Notes: generated by a model not told the origin, from the sequence alone. Counted from the stretch's first letter, positions 52,001 to 62,621 are shown. The stretch is 64,000 bases of DNA from Dipteris shenzhenensis (GCA_047967505.1 CM106538.1); one strand, 5' to 3'. A program made the numbers and translations.

Positions 52001-55000
52001 GAATAACATGATTTTCCTATTCGTGAGGGATTTCCAAAGCCTCCTCCAAAAGTTTTTCTGCATCTCTGCAGAAATCTGAAAAGTATCCCAATGAGGAGCT
52101 CTAGAGGGCCTCCAGCCCCTACAACTGAGCTGGAATCTCTTGGCATTTCTGACCGTGTAACAAAAGAAAGGGATGCTCTTCTCTCGGTGCCCTACAACTA
52201 TCCACTCCCATTCCCCTGGATCCCACTGCAAGCATCTAATAGGGGAACCTCCATACAGCCAAAGCCTCCAAGATCCAATAGCCAGGAGAATGGGGTCTGG
52301 ATCAAGATACCACTGTGAGTCTCTACCCATCTCCATGTATCCTGTAATCCTGACAGGCTGAAAAGGAGCCTCCAAAAGAATGTCCTCAGAAGATCTGTGG
52401 AGTCTGCCTCCTGCATGAACCTAAAAGACAAGGGTATCCTCATGTGCATCCCGTAAGGCTATAACCTGCAAAGGGATACCTGTCCTCGAGAAAGCCCCCA
52501 ACTAGGTGGACTCAGAAATAGGCAAATGGTATGTATCCATCCACTCCACTGCTATGGCTGCATCTATCTGCTACATCCTAGGTGCACTTCCTCTAAGGCG
52601 ACTAACTGAACGAGCTCTCTGATCCTATGGAAGCATCTTGAAAGCTTTCCAAGCACCCACCGTGGATGTAGGTCCCAACTCCCATCTAGACCACTGCATA
52701 TAATGTGACATACCTAGTGATCTACCATGCTCATCTAGTATGCAATCATTCCACATGATGGGCTGCCTGTCAATTTCTTCATGAGAGGAGGGTGAAACTC
52801 TCCTAAGAGTACTTTTGAAGCTGCTGTCCCAAGCTTTCAGAATGGTAGCCATGAGAGGGGAAGTAGGAGATCTAAGACAGGCTGACATAAATATCCATCT
52901 AGTGCTGTCCATCCAATCTCCTCCTTGAGAAGGTGTGCATGTTTGTATACTGCGTAAGAAAAAATCCTTCCAAGGCTCCTGATCAGGCATCAAACCTGTG
53001 ACCACCATCTTGCAGAGCAAGGCTCTACACTACAAGTCTGGATCAATAACATTGAGGCCCCCTTCCTCAGTGGGTAGAATAAGAGTCTCCCAAGCCACCC
53101 TGGCTATCACATCTGAAGTGCCGTCTAATCCACTCCACAAAAAATTTCTGATAGGTCTCTTGAGCTGAGTGATACTGCTTGTAGATCGGCACCACCAAGA
53201 GCAAACAAACTAGGCTGTAGCCAACAGTACCTGGTTTACAACCACCACTCTGGATGCAAGGTCAAGTCTGACCAAACTCCAAAATAGGAGTTTCCTCCTG
53301 ATGCTCTCTAACACGGGAGCGAACTGCTGTGCTGGAGAAATGCCCACCCCAACCTGGCATCCAAGATACCTGATGGAGACACCCCTTTGAATCCAAGTAA
53401 ATCCAATATTAGCACCTCAATCTGGAGTGTCCTCATCACTAATCCAGAAACCATTGGATTTGTTCCAATTAGTGTGAGCCCCTGCTGCAATGCAAAATAA
53501 ATCCAATGAAAGAGGTGAGTGTCTTTGGAGTAGCATCCAAAAAAATAGCTGTGTCATCAGCCAGCTCACTGTCCAGCAACTCCTCTTCCTGTCTCAACGG
53601 AAGTCTCAGCCCAAAAATATCAGCTTGAGCTCTAATATAGAGGCTTATAGCTTCAGCCACAAATATGAATAGAAAGGGGGCTAGAGGGCATCCCTGTCAG
53701 ACTAATCTGGATATCTGAAACCTGTCTCCCCTGACTCCACCAATGAGTACCTGGCTATGGGCTGACCTGTAAGAGCAGAAACCCCTCTAATCCACAAATC
53801 TGAAAGTCCAAAGCGAAGAATGGTTCCCTCTAGAAAACCCCAATCTACCCTGTCATATGCTTTTTCAAAATCCAGGAGTAGAATTGCCAGTCTATGGCCC
53901 TCATGCATAGCCCACTTAGAAGCCTCCCAAAATGAGAATATGTTATAAAAAATGCTTCTGCCGCCAAGGACAAAGCCTGTCTGTGTGTTATGTATAAGAT
54001 CTGGCAGAATGGGCCGCCAAGATCTTATACAAAGTGCCCAGTAAGGTGATCGATCTCCACTGAGACATTGAATTTCTGCAACCTCCGTTTGGGATAAGAT
54101 GAATGAGACCCTTCGAGAGGGAGTCCGTCATCTCACCCGAGTCCTATCAAGTAAGGCTCTCATACCTCTATCCACCAACATAGGAATATGCTGCCAAATA
54201 ACCTGTCTAGCATCCTCTCTGGCTTGTGAATCAGGAATCTGCAGTCAGAAGGGAGGCATAGTGATTTGCGGCAATCTGCATATGACGGCATCTAGATGTG
54301 TCTGAAGTATCCTGTCTGAGTCAACAAGCTATGAAACACTCTATGTACTATGTCTAGGGCCGAGAGTAGAGAAGAACTGCTTGCTGACTCTACCTCCGAT
54401 CTGCGTCCAGAAAGACTCTTTGGCGTGAAAGGCTACTCTGCTCTCTGATCTAAAAGTGTACGTTGATAAGCCCTTACTGTAGCAAGGCGCTCTTGAATCC
54501 AAGCATCAGTAGGCCGTTTTTGCTCTTCTCTCTGAAGAGCTACGAGTTGCTGTCGAATGGCAATCTCTCTCTTGTGAATCTCATCTCTCCTAATACTAAC
54601 AACATAATGATCAAAGCTGCTAATATTAGTGAGGGCTACAGCCACATCTGACGTGGAGGGTTGCCCACCTTGCAAGTGAGAATCCCAAGTCTGTAGCACT
54701 GCCTCTGTGAGGCCCTCCTCTGTGTAAAGGGCATCTGGAATCCTGATACTGGCAGAGTGGCCTATCGCCTGAGGCTCTGAAACCACCAAAACAATCGAAA
54801 AATGATCTGAAGTGGACACCCCTGCGCTGATGCATACTGTCCCATCTCTGTCCAGTGCCCAATCATCCACATAAAATTTGTCAATCCGTGCATGGATAGG
54901 CATCCTTACTTTCCTGTTCGACCAAGTAAACTAAAGAGAATGTGGCTGAGTGTGAAAAGCATCGTCATACCAAATATCTCTGCCACTGAACTGAAAAGGA

Positions 55001-58000
55001 AGGCATCCCATGCTGCTCTCTCCAGGGAGTGAATGCCACCTTCCCTACTCCCTCTTTTGTCTGAAGGCATTTCAACCATGTTGAAATCATCCCCAATAAT
55101 CCAAAAATCTGCAATATGTGACCAAGAGAGCAACTCCTTCCAAAGGTGGACATGATCCCCTCTCAAGTTGGGTGCATAAAGGTTAAGGAAGCCAACCTTA
55201 CGCCCACCAATCATCAAAATAACCCACTGTGCTCTAGAGGGGACTATGACTCCGTGTCCAATGAGGGAGCATCGAAGAAGAGATAGAAATGCAAATACCT
55301 CCCCTGATACCCAAGGTAGGTGACCAAAAAGTATGGCCATAAGAATCTTACCTGACTTGGCACAATCTCTACCATCCAGCTTATGCTCTTGGAGCATAAG
55401 GATATCAATGGAGCCACCTGAAACACCTGGATGGAGTTGGTTATGAATCATCTGCCTACGGCGGCGATGAGGTATACCACCGAGGCCCTGAACGTTCCAA
55501 CTAACAATCCTCATCGACGGGAGGCTGTCGAGTGAAAGGTCCTACCTGACCTGGTGGTGGAGAAAATCCTCTCCTGTGAAAGAGTCCTCCTGTCAAGTGG
55601 AGGAAAAGCAACTGGTGAAAGAAAACCCACTCCAGCAGAGGTGGAAACCCTGTCCAGCGAAATCCCAATAACTGGCTCCCCCAGGGTAGAGGGTACAAAC
55701 TTCTCCTCAGTCTCAAACTCTGCCAAATTTGCCAGTATTGCAAAAGAGTTCTTGTAGGCGGGAACTGGCATAGGAGTGCGAAGAATCCCTGCACCCGAGG
55801 AAGAAGGAGAAAAAACCCCCTTACCTCTATCAATTGGTGAAGTGTGACTAACAGAGGGAGGGGGTTGATCAGTCACATTAGTGATAGGGCGTGAAGAAAT
55901 GGGTTGCCCCTCCCGATGAGCACGTGGGCGGACTGGGGCAACCACATCTACGCCTGCAGTAATATCACATGCCTGTAACTGAGAATAATCCAAAGTGCCT
56001 CGTAGAGGTGGCGGAGTGTTAGCAACCCTCACAGGCATCCAATGGGGTACTGATCATACTGTGCGTGCTGAAGAAGAGGGTCGAGGTCTAGGGGCTGGTC
56101 CCAAAGGTCATGGGGGAGAAGGGGGGGCTTTGGTAGTGCGTATAGAAAAAGTAGGACGAGAAGGCGGAATAAACCGTTTGAGCCTTTTCTTCTTCCTTGG
56201 GCAATCCCTGGCGAAGTGCCCAAGGGTCCTGCAAATCCGGCACTGATCCTGTCTCCCAGCAACCTCGACTCTCTGTCGAAAAAAGGAAGCATCTGGTCGC
56301 TGAAGCATAATGCGATCATCTGTAATATCAGGGTCAGCAATGATGACCCTGACTCGTGGCACCCCATCCGATCTGATAGCCTATGCCGCTGAAAAGGGCA
56401 TGCGAGGAAGGGGGGGGATCTCTGTGACCAACCCAAAAGTAGCTCCTATGGACGGTAAGAGTCGATGGTAGACTTGAGGAAGGCCGGGGAACCTAATGAA
56501 AAGTGAGGTAACCGTGCTATCTTCCTCTAGTGGATCGAAAGTGAAGGGTGTCAAAAAGATCCTCTTGGAGCTCAATGCCAAAGGACTAGCCCTGAGTACT
56601 GAACCTGCTGACTCTGGAGAATCAAATACCACCTGGAAGAACCCTCGTTCAAGCAGACAAACATCGGTGAGGTGCCCTGCGAGGTCTCCAAGTAAAGCCG
56701 AAAGCATCCAATCCCTAGCTTGTAGCTTGGAGGGGTGGGAACCGTGGATGCGAGCAAAGAGTGAGGTGGCATACTCCTGCTTCGACTCTGTTGTCTTGAG
56801 CTGCTGAAGCTTGTCTTTAGAAAAGGTATGTCCTAGTGGTCTGCCATGCTCATTGAGTATGTTGTCATTCCACAGGATTGGCTGCCTATCAATCTCTTCC
56901 AATGAGATTGGGGGAATTCTCCGAAGAGTACTTTTGAAACTTCTCCAAGCTTTTAGAATGGCTGCCATAAGAGGAAAGGAAGGAGGTATGAGGGGGGCTG
57001 AAGTGAAAATCCATTTGGTGCTACCCATCGAGTCTCCATTTGAAGAGGGAGTACATGCTTGTATGATTTGAATAAAGAAATCCTTCCAAGGCTCTCGCCG
57101 AAGCAAAAGTCCCCTTATCACAAACTTGCAAACTGCATTGCAAGTCCAGATCTATGATATTGAGACCTCCTTCTTTTGTAGGTCTCCCAAGACACCCTAG
57201 CCATAGTATTTGTAGTGCCATCTAGCCCATTCCACAAGAAATTCCTTATAGGCCTCTTGAGCTAATTGATGCAATCCTTTGAGCTGCACCAACAAGAGCA
57301 AACATACCATGCCGTGGCCAGAGAAACTTGGTTAACAACCACCACTCTGGAAGCCAAGTTTAATTTGGCTGAACTCCAAAAGAGGAGTTTCCTCCTGATG
57401 CTCTCCAACACAGGAACAAACTGTGTAAAGAAGAGATACCCATACCGGCCTGGTATCCAAGATATTTGATAGGAAACCCCTCTGAATCCAAGTAAAACCC
57501 AAGTCGACCCCTCAATCAGGAGTGGCCTCATCACTGATCAAAAAACCATTGGATTTGTTCCAATTGATGTGTGCACCAGCTGCAATACAAGGTTGCCTTG
57601 AAAGAAATGAGCGTCTGAGGAGAGGCATCCCAAAAAACAGCATTGCCATCTACCAATTCATAATCTATGAGTTTCTCATTATTCCTCAGGGGAAGCTTGA
57701 GCCCAAAAATATCAGCTTGCGATCTGAGACAGATGCTCATAGCTTCAGCCACAAAGAGGAAGAGAAAAGGGGTGAGAGGGCATCCCTGATGGACTGATAT
57801 GGAAATCTGAAATCTCTCTCCTCTGAATCCTCTGATTAGAACCTGGTTGTGGGCTGATCTGTACAAGAAGGAAACCCCTCTAATGCAAGCATTAGGAAAT
57901 CCAAAATGGTGAAGGGCGCCCTGTAGGAAATCCCAATTCACTCTGTCATAAGCTTTCTCAAAATCCAGATGTAGAATGGATAATTTTTGTCCGCTTTGTG

Positions 58001-61000
58001 TAGCCCAATCCGAAGCCTTCCAAAAAGAGAAGATATTATAAAAAATGCTCCTTCCATGCACAAAACCTTCCTGCATGTCATGGATGAGGTCCGGAAGATA
58101 TTGCTACAATCGCAAGCTGATTGCCTTTGCAAGAATTTTATACAAGGTGCCCAAAAGAGTAATAGGTCCCCATTTGTGACACCAAATTTCGGCAACCCCC
58201 TTTTGGAATGAGATGATTGCCTTTGCAAGAATTTTATACAAGGTGCCCAAAAGAGTAATAGGTCCCCATTTGTGACACCAAATTTCGGCAACCCCCTTTT
58301 GGAATGAGATGAATGAGACCCACTGTAAGTGATCCAGGCATAGTACCAGAGTCCCAAACCACGTGCAAGGTTGAGGTAATACGATCCCCAATCTCATCCC
58401 AATGGACAATGAAGAATACTGGGGCAGCCCATCTGAACCCGGGCACGTGCCCTTATGAAGCAAAAGTATATTGATGAAAGGTGCATCCAACGAGATCTTT
58501 ATATTCTCTTTCACCAATAATGGAATGTGCTGCCATATCTACTCCCTGGCCTCATCTCTGACCAGCATGTCAGGATCTGCTGCAACAAGAAGTGAGGCAT
58601 AAAAATCTGTGGCTATGCGCATGACGACATCAAGATCAGTCTGCAAAACCCGATTAAGTCAACAAGCTGAGTGACACACTCTCTGCTATGTCTCGAGCCT
58701 TGAGCTATGAAAAAGTGATTGTTGACTCTACCACCCATCTGAATCCAAAAGAAATCGTACATGAAAGGCATACTCTGCTCTCTGATCTAGCGATGAATAT
58801 TGAAGAGCCCTTGTTGCAGCAAGGGGCCTGAATCCAAGCATTTGTAGGCTGTTTCTGCTCTTTCCTTTGAAGGGCTGCCAACTGTCGGCAAAGGCCAAGT
58901 TCCTGTCTGAGTATCCCTTGCTTTCTAGCATTAACGACGGAATGATAGAAGTCACTAATGTCAGATAGGGCTGCTACCAAGGCATCTAGAATCCTAAGAC
59001 TAGCAGAGCGATGTCTCCTATAGGGCTCGAAAATCATCAACACAACTAGAAAGTGGTATGAAGTAGAAATCGCGAGAGCAATGTAAATAGAACCACCTCT
59101 ATCCAAAGCCCAATAGTCAACAGAAAATCTGTCAATGCGTGCATGAATGGGCATCTAAGGTTTCCTGTTCGACCATGAAAAATGGAGAGGTTGTGACAAA
59201 GTGTGAAAAGCATCATCTAACTAAACATCTCTGCCACGGAAGTGAAATAAGAAGACATCTCAAGCGGCTCTCGCCCAGGAATGAATACCTCCTTCTCTAC
59301 CCCCTTTCTTAACAGAGGGAAACTCCACCACGTTGAAGTCACCCCCTATGACCCAAGAATCTGCAATGGAGGTCCAAGAAAGAAGTTCCTTCCATAGAGG
59401 GGCATGGTCCTAGTCCCCTAGGCCCTCGGATGTTAGGGGCGTGAAGGTTAAGAAAATCAATCTTCTGTCCCCCAATCAAAAGAACGATCCACTGAGCTCT
59501 GGAAGGAAGAACGAAATATGGAATGGAAATGCATGTCCCCCCTTTAGGGTAGGTGACACAAAATGTGTGACTTGAAAGCAATTTACCTGACTTGGAACAA
59601 TCTCTAACATCCAGCTTGTGTTTCTGAAGAAAAGAATATCAATGGAGCCCTCTGTAACACCTGGATGGAACTGGGTATGGATAAGCTACTTGCGGCGGTG
59701 ATGAGGTATACCACCAAGGCCCTATATGTTTCACCTATTAATCCTCATCGGTGAGAGGAAGTAGCCTGGAATGCCGTACCCGACCTAGTGGCAAAAAGAG
59801 TCCCCTCAATGGGGGGAGACCTCTTGCTCGAGGAGTGAGGGAGAGAAGAAAGTGGAGGAAAATCCACGGGTGAAACAACCATTCCACCTGAAGGAGTCAC
59901 CCTGAGATCAAAAGGGATGGCAAGCATTGCGTTACCAAAGATGGAGGGGATGAAGTCTTCATCTGGAATGTCCGCAAGATAATGTCCGCAAGATCTGCTA
60001 AGGTCGAAAAGAAATTCTTGAAGTTTAGGCCTGGCGATGGGGTGCGTAAGATGCCTGTAGTCGAAACTGGAGAGAAAGTAGGTGCCACCCCCTTCCCTTT
60101 ATCCAGATGGGAAGAAGCGGATGAGGGATGAGCTTACTCGAAAGAACCTTGACCCCTATCTGAGTGACCACCCCGAATCGCTCACCAACGAGGCCAAGGA
60201 GCCGATGATAAACCTGAGGTAGTCCGAGGAATCTTTTGAAGAGGGATGTGCCAAGCTTACCCGCTTCAACTGGGTCAAAGCTCAAAGTGAAGGGAGCCAA
60301 AAAGATCTTTCTGTGGCCCAATTGAAAATATCCATTTCTGAGCAATGTGCTCACAATCTCTAGGATGTCGAAGACTACCTGGAAAAAACCTCTCTCTAAC
60401 AAGCAAACATCTTTGAGTCAAGGGGTGAGGCTTGAAGGTAAAGATGCAAGCATCCAATCTCTGGCCTGTAACTTGCAGGGGTGAGATCCATAGATGCGTG
60501 CAAAAAGAGTGGTTTTTATTGAGCTGCTGCAACTCATCTTTTGAGAAGGCGACTGTTCTCGCACCGGTGGGAGCGGGTGAGGATTGGCTGAATGGTGATC
60601 CATTCACCAATCAAGGATGGAAAGGACGATTCAAACACTTAAAAGCTCTGAGAGATCCTTGCTACACGGGAAGACTAAAGGAGGGGAAATTTTTCTTTTT
60701 TTTCTTTTTTTAGCAGGATGAGTGACAAGGATTGGAGGAGGAGGAGAGGAGGAGAAGGAGAAAGGAGGAGAGGTGGAGGAGAAGAGGAGGAGAGGAGGAG
60801 GAGAAGAGGAGGAGAGGAGGAGAAGGTGGAGGAGAGGAGAAGGAGCGGTAGAGGAGGGGGTGGGAATGGCAGAGTAAGAGGAGGGGGTGGGAATGGCAGA
60901 GTAAGAGGAGGGGGTGGGGCTGCCCCAAAGGGAGGAGCAGGAGATGAGGGATGGCTGCGCGAGAAGAGGCAGTGAGGGATGAGAGCAGCGGGGGGAGGAG

Positions 61001-62621
61001 AGCAGCAGGAGGAGGCAACAGGGGAGGAGAGCTTGCCGGGGTGGGCAGGCAGGCCCACGGGTGGGCAGGAGAAGCCCATGGGGAGAGGCAGTAGCCACGA
61101 CTGGGCTGCAGTAGCCCACAGAGTGGGAGAGGGGCAGATGGGGGGAGAGGGAGGCAACGCGGGGGACCTTAGTCTCTTTCAAAGACTTTTAATAAACTCT
61201 CTCTCTCTCTCTCTCGGGTTAGTCATAATGATCCTAACTCTAGGAACCCCATCGGACTTGATAGCCTCTGTTGTGGAAGAGGGTGAATTGGGGGGGGATC
61301 TCTGTGACCAATCAAAAAGAAGCTCTAATTGTGGCGACGAATCGGTGGTAAACTTGAGGCACGACCAGGGAACTCGATGGGTGAAAGAAAGATATCCTTG
61401 AGCACAATACTTGTGGCTCCAAGAGAATTAAAAACCACATGAAAGGAACCTCACCCCAATAAATGAATATCTAAAAGGCAGGGGGTGAGGTTCGAATGTA
61501 TGGCAGTAAGCAGCTAGTCCTAGCTTGGGTCTTGGAGGGGTGGGACCCAGAGATGTGAGCAAAGGGGGGGGTGGAGCTCTCGAATTCCACATCTTTTTGA
61601 ACCTGCAGCAACTCATCTTTAGAGAATATGCATTGTATCACGGCCCTCAGAATGGACGAGGATTGGTCAAATGGGTAGCCATTTGTCAAAAGGACCATTC
61701 AAACAACATTAAGTTCCGTCTGTCAATTGAGAAAGAAGATTAGGAAAGGAGGAAGGGGAAAGGAAGCAGTGAGGGAAGGAGGCAGAAAGGGAAGGGTTGA
61801 GAAGGAGAGAGGCTGAGAGGGAGGGGCTGAGAGAGGAGAGGGGCTGAGGGGGAGGGGTAGGGAGAGGATAGGAGAGAGATGCTGAGAGGGGGAGAGAGGC
61901 TGAGGGGTAGGGGTAGGGATAGAAAATGGGCTGAGGTGGAGGGGTAGGGAGAGGAGAGGGGGGAGAGGCTGAGAGGGAAGGGTAGGGCGAGGAGAGGGGA
62001 GAGGAGGGGAGGGGAGGCTGTGGGGGCAGAAAACAAAAGCAGGGGGAATGTCTCTAGGCTTGGATACACACTTGAGCATAGATTTTAGGGGACATTGATA
62101 CCATGGTAGAGAAAGTGGGATATGGTGGTGGATAAGGTAACCCTATTTTTTGGATGCTCAATGTTTGAAGCTATACTAGTTACGTGAATGACAGGTTGAT
62201 AGCACATATTTTGGTATGTGCATACTTTAATGCTTGGTTAATTTGTTCCCAATATTGATTGCTATTTTTTGTGTACTGGATTTTTTTTAAAACAGATTTT
62301 TTTGTGTGTATTGGAATTAGGTGACTAGGTTGTACAAGGAGAAAGAACATGCAGAGATGGAATTTGTGGTAAAGACAATTTTATAATTCCATTTTTGTAT
62401 CTTAGTTGTGTTTTGAAAGAACTAGGTTGATAGAATGCAATAAGTGTTGCATCCCTCCATTCCTTAGTATCTTTCATGGTTTGAAAGTATACAAAATACA
62501 GGTTGGTGCAGTTCCTATAGAAGATGCTATTGGAAAAGATGTGATTGTCCGCTTGGTCACTGATGTCAACAGCAAGAATGTGTTCTACACAGACTCAAAT
62601 GGTCGGGATTTCATCAAAAGA
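1075..62621 (+). CDS. Alpha-mannosidase (glycoside hydrolase family 38, vacuolar/lysosomal type), partial; 13 exons in window
   Basis: Manually spliced exons 1075-1175, 1275-1368, 1463-1630, 27143-27232, 30689-30754, 30963-31019, 49029-49248, 49621-49751, 49878-49940, 50024-50086, 50210-50281, 62321-62368, 62502-62621. All have AG/GT boundaries and consistent phases; total 1293 nt = 431 codons. GH38 motifs [40 protein letters not shown]. The gene extends beyond both window ends. Confidence 0.95.
2215..2658 (+). repeat. 5' LTR (444 bp)
   Basis: TGTTATGC...GTTTCA, near-identical to 8158-8615. Confidence 0.95.
2661..2672 (+). promoter_or_regulatory. Primer binding site (tRNA-iMet)
   Basis: TGGTATCAGAGC two bases after the 5' LTR. 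Confidence 0.92.
3480..8145 (+). pseudogene. gag-pol polyprotein (gag, CCHC-like knuckle, protease, RT, RNase H, integrase, chromodomain), disrupted
   Basis: ORFs 3480-4076, 4083-7493, 7474-7953 plus read-through to a TGA at 8143-8145. Motifs [28 protein letters not shown] integrase Zn finger, SDRDGKF, YCGPW. In-frame TAG at 4074 and 7951 and a frameshift near 7470. Confidence 0.92.
8158..8615 (+). repeat. 3' LTR (458 bp)
   Basis: Copy of the 5' LTR with a 2-bp and a 12-bp insertion; preceded by the polypurine tract GAAGAGGGAAGGAA. Confidence 0.95.
9548..9772. repeat. Hairpin-rich tandem repeat, possible MITE
   Basis: TGCAATAGGTT...AACCTATTGCA stems; an ~90-bp unit duplicated; ATTTGTGCAA / TTGCACAAAT inverted ends. 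Confidence 0.55.
13208..19516 (-). mobile_element. Ty3/Gypsy Tat-like LTR retrotransposon with additional RNase H, internally deleted
   Basis: ~1.02-kb direct repeats 14035-15055 and 18497-19516, both starting TGATAGG on the - strand; PPT TGGGAATGGGCAAAG at 15056-15070; RT (FIDD), RH, second RH and integrase ORF fragments. Left boundary inferred from the LINE breakpoint; no TSD found. Confidence 0.85.
15084..18490 (-). pseudogene. pol remnant: RT, RNase H, archaeal-type RNase H, integrase
   Basis: 17662-18375 [11 protein letters not shown]...[10 protein letters not shown]; 16816-17583 RH/tether; 16395-16862 (FDG)...[10 protein letters not shown]...[11 protein letters not shown]; 15084-16386 HEGVCGGH...CLQC, YPQCNG, KWDGPF; frameshifts and stops. 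Confidence 0.88.
20665..22321. mobile_element. Non-autonomous Mutator-like element (foldback type)
   Basis: Imperfect ~55-bp TIRs with GCGAGC repeats; 9-bp TSD GAAGATATA (20656-20664) / GAGGATATA (22322-22330); interrupts LINE RT sequence; right end TTTGGTAATCCTC identical to that of the element at 32147-46936. Confidence 0.85.
21262..21812. repeat. Internal long inverted repeat with tandem GCCCTCTTTTAGGCCAAAACAGGGAGCGCGTTA units
   Basis: 21265-21375 is an imperfect reverse complement of 21710-21812; four tandem units and a palindromic centre GCGCGTTAATGCGC at ~21628-21641. Confidence 0.8.
24390..24560. mobile_element. Ty1/Copia fragments
   Basis: + strand IHQMDV...EDLQEEVYI...PKGFEV (RT, frameshifted); - strand [13 protein letters not shown] (RNase H end). 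Confidence 0.55.
25130..26325. mobile_element. LINE 3' fragments (25130-25480 on -, 25500-26325 on +)
   Basis: [12 protein letters not shown] and [12 protein letters not shown] homologous to 51442-52375; + copy ends TTCATACTTAATAGAAGTACTTTT..AAAAA, matching the family 3' end at 51253-51292. Confidence 0.8.
27143..27232 (+). CDS. Alpha-mannosidase exon
   Basis: ttttag|[30 protein letters not shown]|gtatgt; phase 0/0, fits between the ...AIGAAE and CPLLNVSYC exons. Confidence 0.88.
27990..29200 (-). mobile_element. LINE 3' fragment containing a short + strand Copia RT piece (~28460-28586)
   Basis: [15 protein letters not shown] (LINE family); RSPSEANL...[11 protein letters not shown] resembles the Copia LYVDDLIITG motif. 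Confidence 0.7.
30689..31019 (+). CDS. Alpha-mannosidase exons 30689-30754 and 30963-31019
   Basis: [22 protein letters not shown] and [19 protein letters not shown] with AG/GT ends. Confidence 0.93.
33088..36873 (-). CDS. ParB/Srx-like domain + N6-adenine/N4-cytosine DNA methyltransferase-like protein, ~976 aa, 10 exons (one donor mutated GT>AT)
   Basis: Exons 36873-36149, 36066-35859, 35748-35617, 35534-35311, 35208-34942, 34848-34550, 34441-34370, 34264-33857, 33765-33644, 33561-33088 sum to 2931 nt in one frame. [13 protein letters not shown] (ParB-like GxHR); [11 protein letters not shown] (motif IV-like); [30 protein letters not shown] (motif I-II-like). Confidence 0.8.
37091..39270. 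repeat. Tandem ~500-bp units plus an array of 116-bp GATATC-centred palindromes
   Basis: Units start at 37091, 37588, 38095 (periods 497 and 507); perfect palindrome 38400-38515; other copies centred near 37443, 37950, 38617, 38878, 39005, 39175. Confidence 0.92.
40046..40101. repeat. (CT)n(CA)n microsatellite
   Basis: Directly visible dinucleotide runs. Confidence 0.9.
40900..41480. repeat. Two isolated copies of the GATATC-centred palindrome
   Basis: GCCCCATGAAATGGGGCAAAGCATGCTCCCAGGGGGCCGCGATATCGCGGCCCCCTGGGAGCATGCTTTGCCCCATTTCATGGGGC at ~40907-40992 and ~41385-41470. Confidence 0.9.
41483..41818. repeat. ~168-bp tandem duplication
   Basis: TTGGGGGATCTGTTTGCAAGAACTTG at 41483 and 41651. 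Confidence 0.85.
43160..46309 (+). CDS. Mutator-like (MULE) DDE transposase with N-terminal Cys/His cluster and C-terminal SWIM zinc finger
   Basis: Intact intronless 1049-aa ORF; candidate triad HFDHVH / FMADGAGA / NLAETKH; CxxH motif CGFHW after the second D; SWIM CSCKDF...PCKH; lies inside a TIR element with a 9-bp TSD. Confidence 0.85.
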   Translation: MPSFLVIKHGAQTLDIRYDTSICEVSLLELRDFFQLQNNNILLQEEIGIEDVGVIHRPIELEEGELGFKIEAKSECVFSIITEQRHAPVLTCKETVSVITLLKQLPLSSALHVAFASAQTIEQVSELPQNYNGYVLFELPPCLEGSAMFGMDQKNDGHAWTLYSTSSQESFNGMVRISRCTGYLRCCNLDCPYMERTGLYNETQWRGKLRKICPVGPVERECGSLLCIHCCQIPICVSQCKAYIYYCIPHDREHTTRCAIHVGVHEHPIAEGSSRGKWRKVDEMVSDRARKNPALSCKNIEVDVAKDIVMEMMLGGKEEAIEEMDEAGFHAVLDTITPLSQRRRLQRAVQSSRHGSERFDCGLDSLLELKRRCRYSFLQSVLFPGQLSANQQPHVFKMSTIGPGSGLDLVNRMRPSGNLGFQWLHFDHVHRVKGWSTMGAHVYDPFIRELLTIALCEFKLEDAGAQVKFWQLMNEQMLKNGFPLPEFRGFMADGAGANWLGVRTVYNGGPDNVMEGKERTCGFHWEMSMVEHTRRCIRDPFQEEHKHLCRNWRRATSDSSARICKEAIKEFWTPTHVKEDELSALETWLAWWDVRVSQWGGSFMQQHKDTGFVPSVNLAETKHSSMRAAHGYAKYISLYEATATDLAMSVLQSAHYKAYMEGKHLGTGPALEKLRERILIWDSGNVSTKRLVDVAHGVMEEAGLHTPEMKRPTMEKTQIRRRRGSATPTTIKEHDSHRPEYIYVSTKQPMGGRRPPNRIVNGYDISCKESVVHETNWVIRRTEPRSVVTCFGFISESKSRCGALINTLGRSATEGVPAPCFKGRRQHPNGIKEQFVWFCNTSVAHTWCVDQSILGVPGHSPGVWKVTVGTSIKQHEKDQLKEAGFVLEEDESFHVQGPNLQRTTTPLSHDRASRRDNRIVRWRSKLSKEFQDRIQKAQCLIAEVVQEKIICPNEMHLFHVRTESSIAKGLTYTVTISKFPRCSCKDFIQRDAKKGMYIPCKHMYFVFIGVLQLSDKVHQFMHQAALTKVELFQALSSRRNQPSVSHPLG
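46990..47352. repeat. Diverged ~198-bp tandem duplication
   Basis: GCCTTGGCT(T/C)ACCAGATAAAAGGGCAA...TTTGCACCTGATGTGTCA...ACACATTGGTTAAATG occurs twice. Confidence 0.7.
49029..50281 (+). CDS. Alpha-mannosidase exons 49029-49248, 49621-49751, 49878-49940, 50024-50086, 50210-50281
   Basis: [13 protein letters not shown]...[64 protein letters not shown]; phases consistent. Confidence 0.92.
51253..56825 (-). mobile_element. Near-full-length degenerate L1-like LINE with poly(A) tail
   Basis: T-run 51253-51265; ORF1 ([25 protein letters not shown]); endonuclease [54 protein letters not shown]; zf-RVT-like CPQC. Confidence 0.9.
56826..61210 (-). mobile_element. Second degenerate L1-like LINE (3'-truncated) with CT-rich 5' end
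   Basis: ORF1 FARIYGSHP...FFQVVFD (60025-60610); [27 protein letters not shown]; 96-bp internal duplication 58119-58310; polypyrimidine leader 60720-61210. Confidence 0.87.
61220..62080 (-). mobile_element. Third LINE copy, 5' fragment
   Basis: [16 protein letters not shown] and [12 protein letters not shown]1 start; CT-rich leader 61740-62040. Confidence 0.75.
62321..62621 (+). CDS. Alpha-mannosidase exons 62321-62368 and 62502-62621
   Basis: [16 protein letters not shown] and [40 protein letters not shown] with AG/GT ends. Confidence 0.93.
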
